A stretch of 64,000 bases of DNA from Macrostomum lignano (Eukaryota): the NCBI GenBank assembly GCA_002269645.1, contig NIVC01001965.1:301560-365559 (forward strand). The letters run 5' to 3'. Position numbers and translations under genes: made by a program. Within the stretch, counting starts at the first letter, position 1. Each line of letters starts with the position of its first letter. The notes under the pieces were generated by a model. It did not search any database, had not been told where the DNA came from, and saw only the letters and a list, made by a program, of their open reading frames with translations. Positions 30,339-45,300 of the stretch are shown piece by piece.

Positions 30339-33300
30339 CTAGATTTCGCTCTCGTGCTTCGGAGGCGATTTCCTGGCATCGATGGTGGACATGCTGAAAT
30401 CGTTCACATTCTCGTCCATGATTTTGTCTTTTCGGCTTAGGCCGGTCTGCTCGAAGATAATGTCATTTAGAATCTGGAAAAAATGAGTTACAGTGGATGA
30501 GTTTCATTAGAAGTGGAACTAATAAATTAGCTTTCTCAAATCCTTTAAAAAAATCTACCATTCATAGTCATTTAACTAAGTTCATGTAGGTCCCCTTCTA
30601 GACATAGCTCGTAGAAAGACCAATACAAAAGCTATTCATATTGCCTTGGATTCTTACCAATCAGCAATGATTTGATTAAATAAAGACAACAGTCTAGCAG
30701 ACATAAAAAGCTTTGCCGCGCAGCGACGCCTCCCTCACTCCATTTTCTAACCCACTAGCCGCGCCGCGACACCCACCTCACTCCATTTCCTACACCTACT
30801 AGCCGCGCTGCGACACCCACCTCACTCCATTTCCTACACCCACTAGCCGCGCTGCGACACCCACCTCACTCCATTTTTTAACCCACTAGCCGCGCTGCAA
30901 TACCCACCTCACTCCATTTTCCAACCCACTAGCCGTGCGGAGACGCTCCACTTTTCTCACCCTCGTCGAGCCACAATCAAGACAGATAAAGAATCCTTAG
31001 TCTTGGAGCGAATCGTGGTGTATTGTGGTGTTATAAAGGATAAGAACACATTAAAGAATATTTTGTACTAATCTTAAGATATCTAGAAATTTATTAAGGT
31101 CAGTCTGTTAGGCTATTCAATCAACAATGAACAGCCTGAAGCCCTGGATTGACCCGCTTGTGAAGGAGGGGTTGAACACGGTTGCCCCACGTATCCGCGC
31201 ATGAAATCTTACATCGTCCTCTTCGCCGCCCTCCTCGTAGATGGCCGGATTGCGCCGGCCTGTGCGAGTCTCCTTGCGGGTCAGCTTGGATGCGCCAGAC
31301 TTGATCTGCCGAATAGGAGATTTGCGATGAGTTGAAGCCAATTTAAAAAGCTTAATTTCAAGTAAGTTTCAAGGCTCCTTTGTCACCTGGGGTCTGGGCC
31401 ACCTGATGGATGACTCTTATCACCTGGGCCATTTGAAGGCGTTTATCATCACCTGGGCCATTTGGGTCTTATCACCTGCGCCATTTAGAAGGCGGCTTCT
31501 ATCACCTGAACCCTTAACCGGACTCACTCACGTTTACAGTATCTTACTGCACTCACCGACTTCTCCAAATGCTCAGACGAGGCGGCGTCGCCTTCCGGCA
31601 CTGCCGGGCCGCGCGTCTCAATCACCTTGCTGGTGATCACCTGGCGGGTCTTCTTGCTGCGCACAATCTTCTTCGTGACAGTGTTGCCGTGCTCGTCAAC
31701 GTACGTCACTATTTCCTCCTCGGGCTCGCCGACTTGCTCGCTCTGCGATAGGATGGCAGTGGATTGCTAATCTAGCCAATACATGGGTGCAGGAATAGAA
31801 TGGATTGCTAATCTAGTCAACATGGACGAACCGATAGACAGGTTTCTAGCCAATATGGATAAAAAAACAGAATGAGTAAGATAATATGGAACATATGCGC
31901 CACTACATAACCAGTGACATGCATTTTATCGAATCTCCATTTAGAAAAGGATATTGCTATTTGGTTTACAGCATAATGCACTGGTGTAAAAAACTTAATG
32001 CTTGGTCAAAGGCAGCATGAGAATATCTGAATTGATAGAACTGCCCATTTCTTTCAGTTAAAAATATTGATTAATACTGCCATTTCGTTAACTGTAATCT
32101 ATATCCGTGTTGCAATGGCATACTTAAGTTTATGTTTATGTTTATGGTCATATATCAAATGCATGCAAAAACATGCATGTCATACTCGTGTAAACATAAA
32201 TATTAATAAGAATTTTCTGTTTTATACGTTTTTTTTAAAGAAGATTTCAAAATTCACAATCGCCTATTTACAGTAGTGACACTAATCTCCTCATTCTGCT
32301 GCTTCCGAGTCGCATCCGCTTGTTGCTGCTGCCGCTGCGATTCAACTTTTTCAACGTCCTTTCGGCGAATATAAAGACAATCATAGTTGAACAACAGAAT
32401 AGCTAACTCAGAACTAACCTTAGTTTTCCTAAATGGAATCTAAATAGGGAAATTCAAATCAACTGACCTCGGTGCGACTCTCCAGAACCGTGACCGACTG
32501 ACCCTCCGGGCCGCCAGCGTTGCCCCTCGGCTTGGGGCTGGGAGCTCGGATCTGGGGCTTGTTCTCCCTGATCATGTCGTATTTCTGGTCAACCGCCGGT
32601 AGGTTGGAGGCCTGCGCAATAGTTGAAAAATTGAGCAAGAAGAGTGAGTAGTCAGCATATTTTAAAAATACAATAGAGTTGGATAAATTATTGTGCAGTT
32701 CAAAGAAAACAAAGAAAATGAAAAGCATAAAAGCATACGTGAAATGAAGTGCTAAAGAAATCATGTGTGTCATAGCCAGTCTTGAGGGGTAAGGAAATGG
32801 AGTGGGGTGGGTGTCTCAGCGAGGCTTGGGCGGAGTGAGGTGTTTGTTAAAGCGAGTCGAGGGGTAAGGAAATGGAGTGGGGTGGGTGTCTCAGCGAGGC
32901 TTGGGCGGAGTGAGGTGTTTGTTAAAGCGAGTCGAGGGGTAAGGAAATGGAGTGGGGTGGGTGTCTCAGCGAGGCTTGGGGGAGTGAGGTGTTTGTTAAA
33001 GCGAGTCGAGGGGTAAGGAAATGGAGTGGGGTGGGTGTCTCAGCGAGGCTTGGGGGAGTGAGGTGTTTGTTAAAGCGAGTCGAGGGGTAAGGAAATGGAG
33101 TGGGGTGGGTGTCTCAGCGAGGCTTGGGGGAGTGAGGTGTTTGTTAAAGCGAGTCGAGGGTAAGGAAATGGAGTGGGGTGGGTGTCATAGCGAGCCTTGG
33201 AAGTGAGGAAGTTACCTTACATAAAGGTGGGTTGGTGTTTCAGCGAGACTTGAGTAGGGAAATGGTGTTGGATCAGGCTAGTTCACCACTAGTTAGCAGT

Positions 33301-36300
33301 GTGCGTGTTCGATTAATCAATCACTAAATCATTTTTTCAGTAGTTTTCTTTGAGCTTTCTTGATTTTCTTTACGAGCTAACCAGTGCCTGTTTGCATGTA
33401 TACTGTTACTGTGTTTTTTCTATGTTTGCACCAACTAGTGGAAAAAATGTGGAAATAGTTTCATTACAAGCTAGCATAAGAGGCAACGATTGGCATGCAG
33501 GGGGACAAAAGGCGGCGACAAGGATAAATATTTGATAAAATGGAAACCGATGTCGAGCTTGAAGCCAATAAGCTATAATTCCAGACGTACTCCGAGTAAA
33601 AAACAGTAAAGCAACCGAAAAGAAAGTGCAACAATTATTAAGCATGCAGTTCTGTGCTTAGATTTAGAAAGGAGTCTAAAAAGCAATTCGCGCCCCAAAC
33701 CCGTTTGGCGAGGCTGTCCCGGATCGAGTTCGGTTCGGCGTATTTGAAGCCTCGTTTTTTTGGCTTGCGCTGGAAAATCGTGATGCCATTGAGTGAATTG
33801 TGAACTCGTCCCCAGCTTGAATCAAATTAATATTGAACTGCTTGCGAGATCAATGTTATGCTTCTGCTCTAATACGAGTTACGGGCGTAGTCACGTTTTC
33901 TTTATTGGATCGCTTCTGTGAGGTGCATCTTTAGGGCGCAATCATTGGGGAGGGGGTGTCATCGATGAGGCTAGCACCAGAGCCAGAGGCGCCAGCAGCA
34001 CCAGTGGCGCCAGCAGCACTAGGCGCGCCAGCAGCACCAGTAGCGCCAGCAGCACCAGGGGCGCCAGCACCTCCAGTGGCGCCAGCAGCACTAGGCGCGC
34101 CAGCAGCACCAGGGGCGCCACAGCTACTGTAAAGGGGGCGCCCCAGATTTTGTCAGCCTATTAAAAGAGGGGGTGCCGTCCCCTGCCCCTCTCTAGCTAC
34201 GCCGGCCCCTGCTATGAGCGAGAATGCAAGAAAATGATGTTGCATCATCCGAACCTCCATAATGCCGGCCCTGCTACTCGGCTGGATGGAAGACTCGGGC
34301 GCCAGGCAGACAGGCGTCCAGTCCGGACCAGGTGGATAACGGAACGGCCGCTGTCCAAGATTCACGTCCAACGTCTGGTCTCGCATGGCAACAGTTGGAA
34401 AGAAGGACTCGCGCTCGAGCATGTCCTGCTGCAGACTGTAGGCCGGTCCGAACGGCTGGCCGTTCTTAGCGAACTGCAGTTCGCCATTGTTGAAATCGAA
34501 AAAGCAGCCAATGACGTCGCCTTTGGCGTAGGGCTCGCCGTAGGCTTCGATCTCGTCGTCGAATAGCTTCTTGCCCTGGTTGCCGGCCAGGCCGAAGCCT
34601 TCGTGGTCGGCGCCGTAGCCCCAGCCGTTGGCGTCGCGCCCGACGTCCAGCAAGCCGGACTCGGTGGTCCAGCCGACACGGCCGAGGCCGCCGGACTCCA
34701 GGGGCTCCGCCTCCCAGTAGAACCGGCCGCCCTCGCTGCCTTTCAGGCCCTGGAAGTGTTGGTGTTGCAGCGACTTTCTTAGTCATCTATTCAACTCGTT
34801 TACTGTTCTCTCTTAGTCTAGTTCAATCTGGTTCTCTCTCTCTCTTGCGCAGCTTTCTGATTGGCTCTTCAATTTTACCCCCTTTCTCAGTCCCGCACTC
34901 CACCCCCTCCTTTCTTATCTACGCCGAACCCGTAATTGATTTTAAACAAATAAACTTGTTTTGGGCCAAGTGCCTTAGGCACTGCCTGGGTTTTTAATCT
35001 TAGGCAGCCGCTACTTCCAATGGATTCTTCCACAGGCAGCCGCTATTTCCAGTGGATTCTTCCACAGGCAGCCGCTACTTCCAGTAGATTCTTCCACAGG
35101 CAGCCGCTACTTCCAATGGATTCTTCCACAGGCAGCCGCTACTTCCAATGGATTCTTCCACAGGCAGCCGCTACTTCCAGTGGATTCTTCCACAGGCAGC
35201 CGCTACTTCCAGTAGATTCTTCCACAGGCAGCCGCTACTCCCAAAGGATTCTTCCACAGACAGCCGCTACTTCCAGTGGATTCTTCCACAGGCAGCCGCT
35301 ACTCTCAAAGGATACAGAAGCGCACACATTATCACAGGAAGCTGTACTCACCTTGTTGGCCCGAACGCCCTGCCAACCAAAGCCCAGCTGGCCCTGCGCA
35401 GACAGCTGGTCGGGTCCCAGTTGCAGGCCCGGCCCGCTGGTGTCGTGCGGGTTTAACCGCCAGCTGCGTGGATTTTCCGAAGTCTGGTTGGCGAGCGCCA
35501 GGCCCACCGGACGCCAGGCTCCGCCGGGCGGATAGGCGAGCGGTCTGGACGGATCGTCGCCAAAGTTCCAGTCAGCTGCGGCGCCGTCGCGAAGGCAGGC
35601 GGCCGGATAAACAGCCTGCGGGCCGCCGGAGGGACCGTCGGCACCACGGGACTTCCTGTTACCGCCAGCAGTGCCTGTCGGAGTAAAGAAGTCGGCTGGC
35701 AGCTGGTGCGCGGGCCCTAGCTCTTTGCCGTTGACCGCGTAGGTGACGGTGCCGTTGTCGAGGTCCAGGTAGGCACCGACTATGTCACCAGTCATCAGCT
35801 GGACGCCGTATTGCTCGGAGACTCCATCTAGCATCTTCTGGGCGTGTCGGCCGGCCGGGTCGGTGCCAAAACCGCAGCCGTGGTTGTCCTGGGGGCGGGG
35901 GCGGGAGGAAGGCATTGGCTGATTTTCTATTATCCACTCTTCTCTACACCTCTCCTCTCGCTCCTATCTTCACCTCCCCGCTCCTATCTTCACCTCCCCG
36001 CTTCTATCTACACCTCCCCGCTTCTATCTACACCTCCCCGCTCCTATCTACACCTCCCCGCTCCTATCTACACCTCCCCGCTCCTATCTACACCTCCCCG
36101 CTCCTATCTACGCCTCCCCGCTCCTATCTACACCTCCCCGCTCCTATCTACACCTCCCCGCTCCTATCTACACCTCCCCGCTCCTATCTACACCTCCCCG
36201 CTCCTATCTACACCTCTCCGCTCCTATCTACACCTCCCCGCTCCTATCTACGAGTACATCCCTCCACCCCCTTGTAGTCCCCTAATTGGTTCCTCTCATT

Positions 36301-39300
36301 CCATCCTGGCTGCTCGTCTCACCCGTCCGAGGTTGAGATCGGCGTTGCCGTCCGCCCAGCCGACCCGTGCCTCCACCGGCTGGTCGGAGGGCCCGTCTCC
36401 CCGCACAGCGGTCTCGTAGTACCACTTGCCGCCAGCCGAGGCCCGGATGCCGCGGTCCGCCCGGCAGCCCTGCCAGTCGCGAACCCCGGCCGGGCAGGCG
36501 CCGGCGCAGCGCACGGGGTCCATGCCAGCGGCCAGGTAGGGGTCGGCGTCTGATGGATTCATCTGCCAGCGAATCGGTCTGTCAACGTCCAGCTCGGGCC
36601 GGCGGTCGTACTGCTCTCGTCGGTTCACCGGCGGCAGCAGCGGCGCGCCCATGCCGGCGCCCTGTCGGTTGGACATCGCGTAGGTGTCGTCGTTGGTCAA
36701 GCCCGAGGTGCCAGCGCCGCCGGCGCCCGTTCGAGCCTCACGGTTGTAGGCGTCGTCTGCGCGAATGATGATTTGAAAATGTTTAGATTTTGTTTTAACA
36801 ATTTTAATAGAAACTGTTTGAGACAGTTAAACTAAAGTTCATTCATTAGTCCCGGATATCCGAACGCCGAACTCATTGACCTTTCTCTCTTAAAGATTTC
36901 GCACCGAGTTGACCTCGGCTGACCTTTTCGTTTTTCATTTGGTCCATTCAGTGGACCAAAGGACCAGCTATGTGACCTTAGTTAAACCCTTTGCGTCCCG
37001 CACTTGTGTGACCTCAATCGATCCCTGTTCTCCTCAGTCCCGCATTTGTGTGACCTCAATCGACCCCTGTTCTCCTCAGTCCCGCACTGTGTGACCTCAA
37101 TCGACCCCTGTTCTCCTCAGTCCCGCACTGTGTGACCTCAATCGACCCCTCCCTTACTAAACTGCTTGATATATTGCAGAGAATCACAGGCTGAAAGTGC
37201 ATCAATCGGATTTGTAATAGCGTAGTCGCCTAAGCTGAAAATTATAAGCACGGCAGTCAAGCGTTTCTTACAAAGAATTCATCGCACAAATAGCAGGCTG
37301 TGGAATATTCGTATGCTTCTATCGTAAAAAATTTCAATGGGCATTAATAATTTATTCGTCTACTGAAGCAAGCAGATCTTAATATTATAGCAGTTAAATT
37401 CATGCCACATCAAATATTTAAATGACAATTAAAGTGACCAGTTTGTACTTTTATTTCTCCTTTTTTTAGAATCATAGACCTTTGAACAGAGCATCTGGAC
37501 TAAACAGTCCAGACGTTCGCACTACTGGCTTGAATTGTATTGCCCAAATTGATATTATGCCACACCGCCATTGCGAGTGTGTTAGACAGAAAAAAACATT
37601 AAAGTACCAGAGTTAGGCATTGGTTAGCAATATCAAAATATATTACAAATATATTCTACAAGTTTTTTAAATTAAAAACTATCAACAGACCGTCGAATCC
37701 TTCGTCTACTTTAGCTTTTGTAGGGCCGCCTGCAGTGAAATTAAAAGTGCATTGCAATAATAATAGTACAATTGTGTGGATGTGCCAGCGATTCACTGGG
37801 CCTGCTGATCAAAGTTAATTAATAAATAGTGCTTTTAAAGTACGTAAAGAACTTTTTAAATCGATGCTTTTAACGTTACACATGCTATTTAGAAATTACT
37901 TGTTAGTTACTAGAATTAGACTATTTGCATAGTGCTGATGGCTGACACCCTGGCTCTCTGACACCCTGGCTCTCTGACACCCTGGCTCTGACACCCTGGC
38001 TCTGACACCCTGGCTCTTTGACACCCTGGCTCTGACACCCTGGCTCTGACACCCTGGCTCTGACACCCTGGCTCTCTGACACCCTGGCTCTGACACCCTG
38101 GCTCTGACACCCTGGCTCTTTGACACCCTGGCTCTGACACCCTGGCTCTGACACCCTGGCTCTGACACCCTGGCTCTCTGACACCCTGGCTCTCTGACAC
38201 CCTGGCTCTCTGACACCCTGGCTCTCTGACACCCTGGCTCTCTGACACCCTGGCTCTGACACCCTGGCTCTTTGACACCCTGGCTCTGACACCCTGGCTC
38301 TGACACCCTGGCTCTTTGACACCCTGGCTCTGACACCCTGGCTCTGACACCCTGGCTCTTTGACACCCTGGCTCTTTGACACCCTGGCTCTGACACCCTG
38401 GCTCTGACACCCTGGCTCTCTGACACCCTGGCTCTCTGACACCCTGGCTCTGACACCCTGGCTCTTTGACACCCTGGCTCTGACACCCTGGCTCTGACAC
38501 CCTGGCTCTGACACCCTGGCTCTGACACCCTGGCTCTGACACCCTGGCTCTTTGACACCCTGGCTCTGACACCCTGGCTCTGACACCCTGGCTCTGACAC
38601 CCTGGCTCTTTGACACCCTGGCTCTGACACCCTGGCTCTTTGATACCCTGGCTCCCTGGCACCCTGGCTCTCTGACACTCTAGCTCTCTGACACCCTGGC
38701 TCTCTGACACCCTGGCTCCCTGACACCCTGGCTCTCTGACACCCTGGCTCTCTGACACCCTGGCTCTGACACCCTGGCTCTGACACCCTGGCTCTCTGAC
38801 ACCCTGGCTCCCTGACACCCTGGCTCTCTGACACCCTGGCTCTGACACCCTGGCTCTTTGATACCCTGGCTCCCTGGCACCCTGGCTCTCTGACACTCTA
38901 GCTCTCTGACACCCTGGCTCTCTGATACCCTGGCTCCCTGGCACCCTGGCTCTCTGACACTCTAGCTCTCTGACACCCTGGCTCTCTGACACCCTGGCTC
39001 TTTGACACCCTGGCTCCCTGACACCCTGGCTCTCTGACACCCTGGCTCTCTGACACCCTGGCTCTCTGACACCCTGGCTCTCTGACACCCTGGCTCTTTG
39101 ATACCCTGGCTCTCTGACACCCTGGCTCTCTGACACCCTGGCTCTCTGACACACTGGCTCTCTGACACCCTGGCTCTCTGACACCATGGCTCTCTGACAC
39201 CCTGGCTCTCTGACACCCTGGCTCTCTGACACCCTGGCTCCCTGACACTCTGGCTCCCTGGCACCCTGGCTCTCTGACACCCTGGCTCTTTGATACCCTG

Positions 39301-42300
39301 GCTCCCTGGCACCCTGGCTCTGACACCCTGGCTCTGACACCCTGGCTCCCTGACACCCTGGCTCTCTGACACCCTGGCTCTCTGACACCCTGGCTCCCTG
39401 ACACCCTGGCTCCCTGGCACCCTGGCTCTCTGACACTCTAGCTCTCTGACACCCCGGCTCTGATGCTCTGCCAATCCAACTCTAAAAGTAGCTGCCTTGT
39501 CAGAAAGATTACCATGTATTTGCTTGATGGTCAGCGTAGGAGCTGAAAATGCGACAGATATGAACATCGGCAAAAGCAGCAATGCGTACCCTTCTTCTTG
39601 AAGCTCTTGCGCATGTCAGGGGTAACTTGCACCTCCTGGTAGGCGCCCGACTGGTCGTTCTGCGAGTCCCGGATGCCGGTGCCCCACTTGCCCTTGAAGG
39701 TGCCGGGAATGTGCGGCTTCTGCGGTTTCTCGGCGGACTTCAATCTGAAGATCATTCAATTTTGCCAACATTATTTGCTACTTGCTTACTATAAGTAGGT
39801 TAAATGCGTTTTCAACTCGAAAACAAAAATACTATTAGAAGATTAAATCAATAATTGAATTGTTTCTAAAAAAAGAGTTATATAAATAGACCAGTAGGAA
39901 CTTTTGTTCATGAGCACAATAAGCTAACCTGAAGAATCCGTGATGCTCAACCACAGCCCGCCAGAGTCGCTTAGCCAGCTTCGATGAGGCGCACTTGAAC
40001 TCAAACAGAGTCTCCGACTTGGGGTCGCGCTCGTTATCCCCGGTGCGAATTGACACCTTGAGCGTGCTGCCCTTGTAGGACACTTTGAGAATCTTCGGCC
40101 AGGAGAAGCGGTTAATCCGGAGGTTGTTGCGGTACACCAGAACGCCGCCGTGGTAAACTCCAAGGAGGACCTCCTCGCCAGAGGCGTCCTTAGACTCGTG
40201 CAAATCGACGCCGTACATGGCGAGCTTCTTGGCGTTCCGCAGGAAGTGCAGGTCGGCCTCCTCCGGAGTCATGCGCTGGTGCGTGCGGTGCAGCTCGCTG
40301 ACTCGCTCGGCCAGCTCGGCGTTGTTTCGGTACTCCTCCGGACAGAACGGGCAGTCCTGGGCGGCGAAGTTTAAACTAGGAAAATCAATTGCCAACTCTT
40401 TCCATCTTGAGAGGGATAATACCGGATAAATGGGGATATTCTAGATCAGGGGTTGGCGAAGCCTCTCTATCCGGCCATTGGGTCCTCGGAAACTTCACGA
40501 TAGCAATTCGGTCTGCCCAGGGTTTGTGTCTCTTCTCAGCTGTCTTCTCTCAAATCTCTGTCCCGCAGTCATCCGCTATGTTCTCTACCTGACCCCTGTT
40601 CTAGATCCTTATTGAGCCTTTGTTTATTGACATGTCGAGGTACTACATGAGCTGTAGCAATTCGATAAAAAGTCAATCAAGCGAGCCCTGACTTTCTCAT
40701 CGTCAGCTCTGCGCTTACAGACTTACATTCAAGTACACCAGCGAGTTCATCTTCTCGTCCAACGGATCGAAATCGCCAACTTCAGACTGCAGCACGTAGC
40801 TGCCCAGGATGATGTAGGTGATGAAACTGCAAGGCAGCAGCTCGGCCATGAGGTTCTGCCGAATCTGCAGCGCCATGTAGTAGCGGGTGAGATTCTCCCG
40901 CAGATTCTCCGGGTCGGGCGGGTAGAACTTCACCATGAACTCCAGCTTCCACTCGTTCTCTGGCGGAAACAAATTTGAGAAAAAGAGATATCGAATCAAC
41001 TGGAATGCTTGATGACATAGTGTGGGTCTTAACTCGTGGGTCCTGCTGCTACCCTCCGTGATACTTCAGTGCCCCTGCAGCAATACCCTCCGTGATAATT
41101 CAGTGCCCCTGCAGCAATACCCTCTGAGCTACTTCAGTGCCCCTGCAGCAATACCCTCTGAGCTACTTCAGTGCCCCTGCAGCAATACCCTCTGAGCTAC
41201 TTCAGTGCCCCTGCAGCAATACCCTCTGAGCTACTTCAGTGCCCCTGCAGCAATACCCTCAGAGCTACTTCAGTGCCCCTGCAGCAATACCCTCTGAGCT
41301 ACTTCAGTGCCCCTGCAGCAATACCCTCCGTGCTACTTCAGTGCCCCTGCAGCAATACCCTCCGTGCTACTTCAGTGCCCCTGCAGCAATACCCTCCGTG
41401 CTACTTCAGTGCCCCTGCAGCAATACCCTCCGTGCTACTTCAGTGCCCCTGCAGCAATACCCTCCGTGCTACTTCAGCCACCTTCAACTACCCCTCCAGT
41501 ACGCAGTTAGGCTTGAAACAAAGTTGTCTAGTAAGCAACATGCCTCATTCGAATAAAGCCATCTATAGCATACGAAGGTCGCAGATGAAACATATATAGC
41601 GGTGGAAATTGTCGAAAATAGACTTATAGAAATTCTAAACTGTTTGGTCAAAGATTTGCTTATAAGATTTGGCCAGGAGAAGAAGTGCCCTTACCGACGC
41701 TTTAATTTAAAGCCCTTGCTTGTGTGTCTTATGTTCCATGCTTCAATTATAGGTTTCCTGACTTTTGTAGCGGTCTGACTAGCTGTTTCAGGCAACTATT
41801 AGAGAATGTAAGCAAACCGCATGGCCTAGTGATCTCTTTACCAAAATCTTGCAGTAATGCTTAACTGAAATAAAAATTTGGGGCTTGTGATAGCAATTTA
41901 CCGAAATTTCTTTTCCATGGCTGAAGCAATGATACCCATATTCAGAAAGTGGAAGCAGACAGCTTAAGGCTGACTGCAGCCAAACCAAAATTATGAGATA
42001 CAACAAGCAGCCTGAATATGTCTGCCAGCAGCCTCCGCCCAAGGCCTTAGTCACCACTTCGCGTACGACTTGTGGAAGGAACGCACACAAAGGGCGGTGG
42101 GGGGTAGACAGTGACTAAATACCGCCCCCCCACACACATCAAGCCTCTTCTCTCAGACACGGCTTCAGAATTTTTTTGTGCTGTGTGCCAGGCCGTTGAC
42201 TAAAGCTGCTCCGACGGCTGCCGGGGCTCTGCTGGCCGCGGGTTTGTCACTAAACTGCGCAGAAGCTGACTCGAATAGTTTCTTATTTTGCATTTAGCTA

Positions 42301-45300
42301 TTTAGCTCGTAGTAACCGTCACTTATTAGTTGAACAGTCATAATCAGCAATTAGAATGGCATTGTGGGAAAATAAATCTGCTTAATACAAAGAAAGAATC
42401 TGTTGATAACAGCCGTGAATAAAAGTGTGGTGAATGAGACACTAAGTGTTGCGTATTAAATAGTTGACATGATGAATGAACAGTTGACATGCGGAATGAA
42501 CCGTTGATAATGATGAAGGAACTGCTGAAAATGATGAATGAACAGTTGACATGAGGAATGAACAGTTGACATGAGGAATGAACAGTTGACATGCGGAATG
42601 AACCGTTGATAATTATAATTGAACAGTTGATAATTATGAATGAACAGTTGATAATTATGAATGAACTGTTGGCAATGATGAATGAACTGTTGGCAATGAT
42701 GAATGAACAGTTGATAATGATGAATGAACAGTTGGCAATGATGAATGAACAGTTGATAATTATGAATGAACTGTTGGCAATGATGAATGAACAGTTGATA
42801 ATTATGAATGAACTGTTGGCAATGATGAATGAACAGTTGATAATTATGAATGAACTGTTGGCAATGATGAATGAACTGTTGGCAATGATGAATGAACTGT
42901 TGGCAATGATGAATGAACTGTTGGCAATGATGAATGAACAGTTGATAATGATGAATGAACAGTTGATAATGATGAATGAACAGTTGGCAATGATGAATGA
43001 ACAGTTGATAATGATGAATGAACTGTTGATAATGATAAAGGAACTGTTGATAATGATGAAGGAACTGTTGGCAATGATGAATGAACAGTTGATAATGATG
43101 AATGAACAGTTGACATGAGGAATGAACAGTTGACTTGCGGAATGAACCGTTGATAATGATGAATGAACAGTTGATAATGATGAATGAACAGTTGATAATG
43201 ATGAATGAACAGTTGATAATGATGAATGAACAGTTGATAATGATGAATGAACAGTTGATAATGATGAATGAACAGTTGATAATGATGAATGAACAGTTGA
43301 TAATGATGAATGAACAGTTGATAATGATGAATGAACAGTTGATAATTATGAATGAACAGTTGATAATGATGAATGAACAGTTGATAATGATGAATGAACA
43401 GTTGATAATGATGAATGAACAGTTGATAATGATGAATGAACAGTTGATAATGATGAATGAACAGTTGATAATGATGAATGAACAGTTGATAATGATGAAT
43501 GAACAGTTGATAATGATGAATGAACAGTTGATAATGATGAATGAACAGTTGATAATGATGAATGAACAGTTGATAATGATGAATGAACAGTTGATAATGA
43601 TGAATGAACAGTTGATAATGATGAATGAACAGTTGGCAATGATGAATGAACCGTTGATAATGATGAATGAACTGTTGGCAATGATGAATGAACCGTTGAT
43701 AATGATGAATGAACAGTTGATAATGATGAATGAACAGTTGGCAATGATGAATGAACAGTTGGCAATGATGAATGAACAGTTCCTGTCCTTCGACCCTTAG
43801 CACTCCAGAGTCAGCCAACTCTTTGTTATTCGAACCCTAGCATTTAGTGTTCACAAATATGAAAAAACGACAACAACAATTAGGCTGTTAGCAAAAGAGG
43901 GAGCTGCAAATTCTAAAATATATCTATTAATAGTAAACATGGGCGGGCGAAACTACTCGGTTCGAACTTGAAGCAGAGTTGTTGCTGCTGCTGCTGCTGC
44001 AACTTCATGCTTGTGTGTGCGTGTGTGTAGCATTGCAAAAACACCAATCCAAAGTCTGCGAGAGAGGCAGAGAAGAGAAAAGAAGGACCCAAAGGTCAGG
44101 AGAGCCATAGATGGGGGTTGGGCAGAGTGTGCAATGGAGTGTGCAATCAAGTGTGGCCAGTCTCTCTTAATCGGACAGGCTATAGCTGCTAAAATGCTAT
44201 TGCAGAGTGAGTTTCCAGAGAGTGAGAGGAGAGAGAGAGAGAGAGAGGCGGACCCTCAGGCTACAAACAGAGAAGAATATACCAGCCCAAGTCAAGCCTT
44301 ATGTTACAATAGAAATGTGCATTAGTCTGGAGTATTGTAGATTTTTATAAAACTATAACTATAGCGATCTATCTATTATAGCGCTAGGCTATTTGTTTAG
44401 CAGCTAGACCAAAGATTGATAGAGGGAAAACACCTGAGCAAATGTTATATGAATTCTTTGTTTAAGGAAATTTTTTATTAACAGGGGCGAATTTATAACA
44501 AACAGAAATCTTATCACTAAAAAAATTGAATTCTTCACACCGATCGAGCTGTTTTGTTATACTCGACCTACGATGGTAATTTTAACAATCAAAACAACCA
44601 CAGGATATCAACTGATAAGCACAAGCCCGCTGTCACCTCCAGTCGGACGGAAGGGCATTTTATAATAGCTGTTCAGAATTTCTAAGAATCAGCTCTGCGG
44701 TATCTTAGACATGGGGGGGCAGGTTTACGAGCATTGCTTGTACATAGTATAAGGCACCCATAGTCTAGCATTAGCATAGCTTGGCTCTGTATATGCAATA
44801 ACCCGAAACCATTAGTTTGCTCAAAGCAGAGAGATAACAGGAGACGAGACACCCACTATGCGTGAAGCGGGCGCAACCCGAAAGGAGAGACGAAAGAAGC
44901 AGTTTAATATGCGACACGACGCCAGATTAAATGTACACCCCTCCTCGCTCTCCTTACTCTAATTCATTACTTACTCTCTGTTATGCTATCGGCGTGTTTT
45001 GTTAGCTCCGCTCTTGCTTTGCGCGCGCAAAACCGGCGGCAGAGAAGCAGGCAGCAGGAGTCATAAACTGCATGCTGAGACGCTTTCAGACCGCTCTATT
45101 CTATATATATATATAGCTAAATTTGTTGCTGTCTTTCTATAAGGGGCGTCGAATTAAATAAAACAAAATAATCAATCAACCAACTCACTGCCAATCTGCT
45201 TGCCGAGCTTCTTTTCGTTATTAAGCCAGAACTGAAACAAATGCAGTTTTGGTGCAAACCTGTTAGACAGAATCTAGAATGCATAGATCGATACAATAGT

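Noticed and set aside
31380-31530. Degenerate ATCACCTGGGCC repeats as possible extra micro-exons of the FERM gene
   Set aside because: All minus-strand frames hit stops, and the flanking exons already join in phase.
37896-39582. 506-aa and overlapping ORFs (SQGVREPGCQRARV)
   Set aside because: They are 14/16 bp minisatellite translations inside a FERM-gene intron.
42591-43818. Met/Asn-rich and His-rich ORFs
   Set aside because: They are 21 bp repeat translations in an intron.
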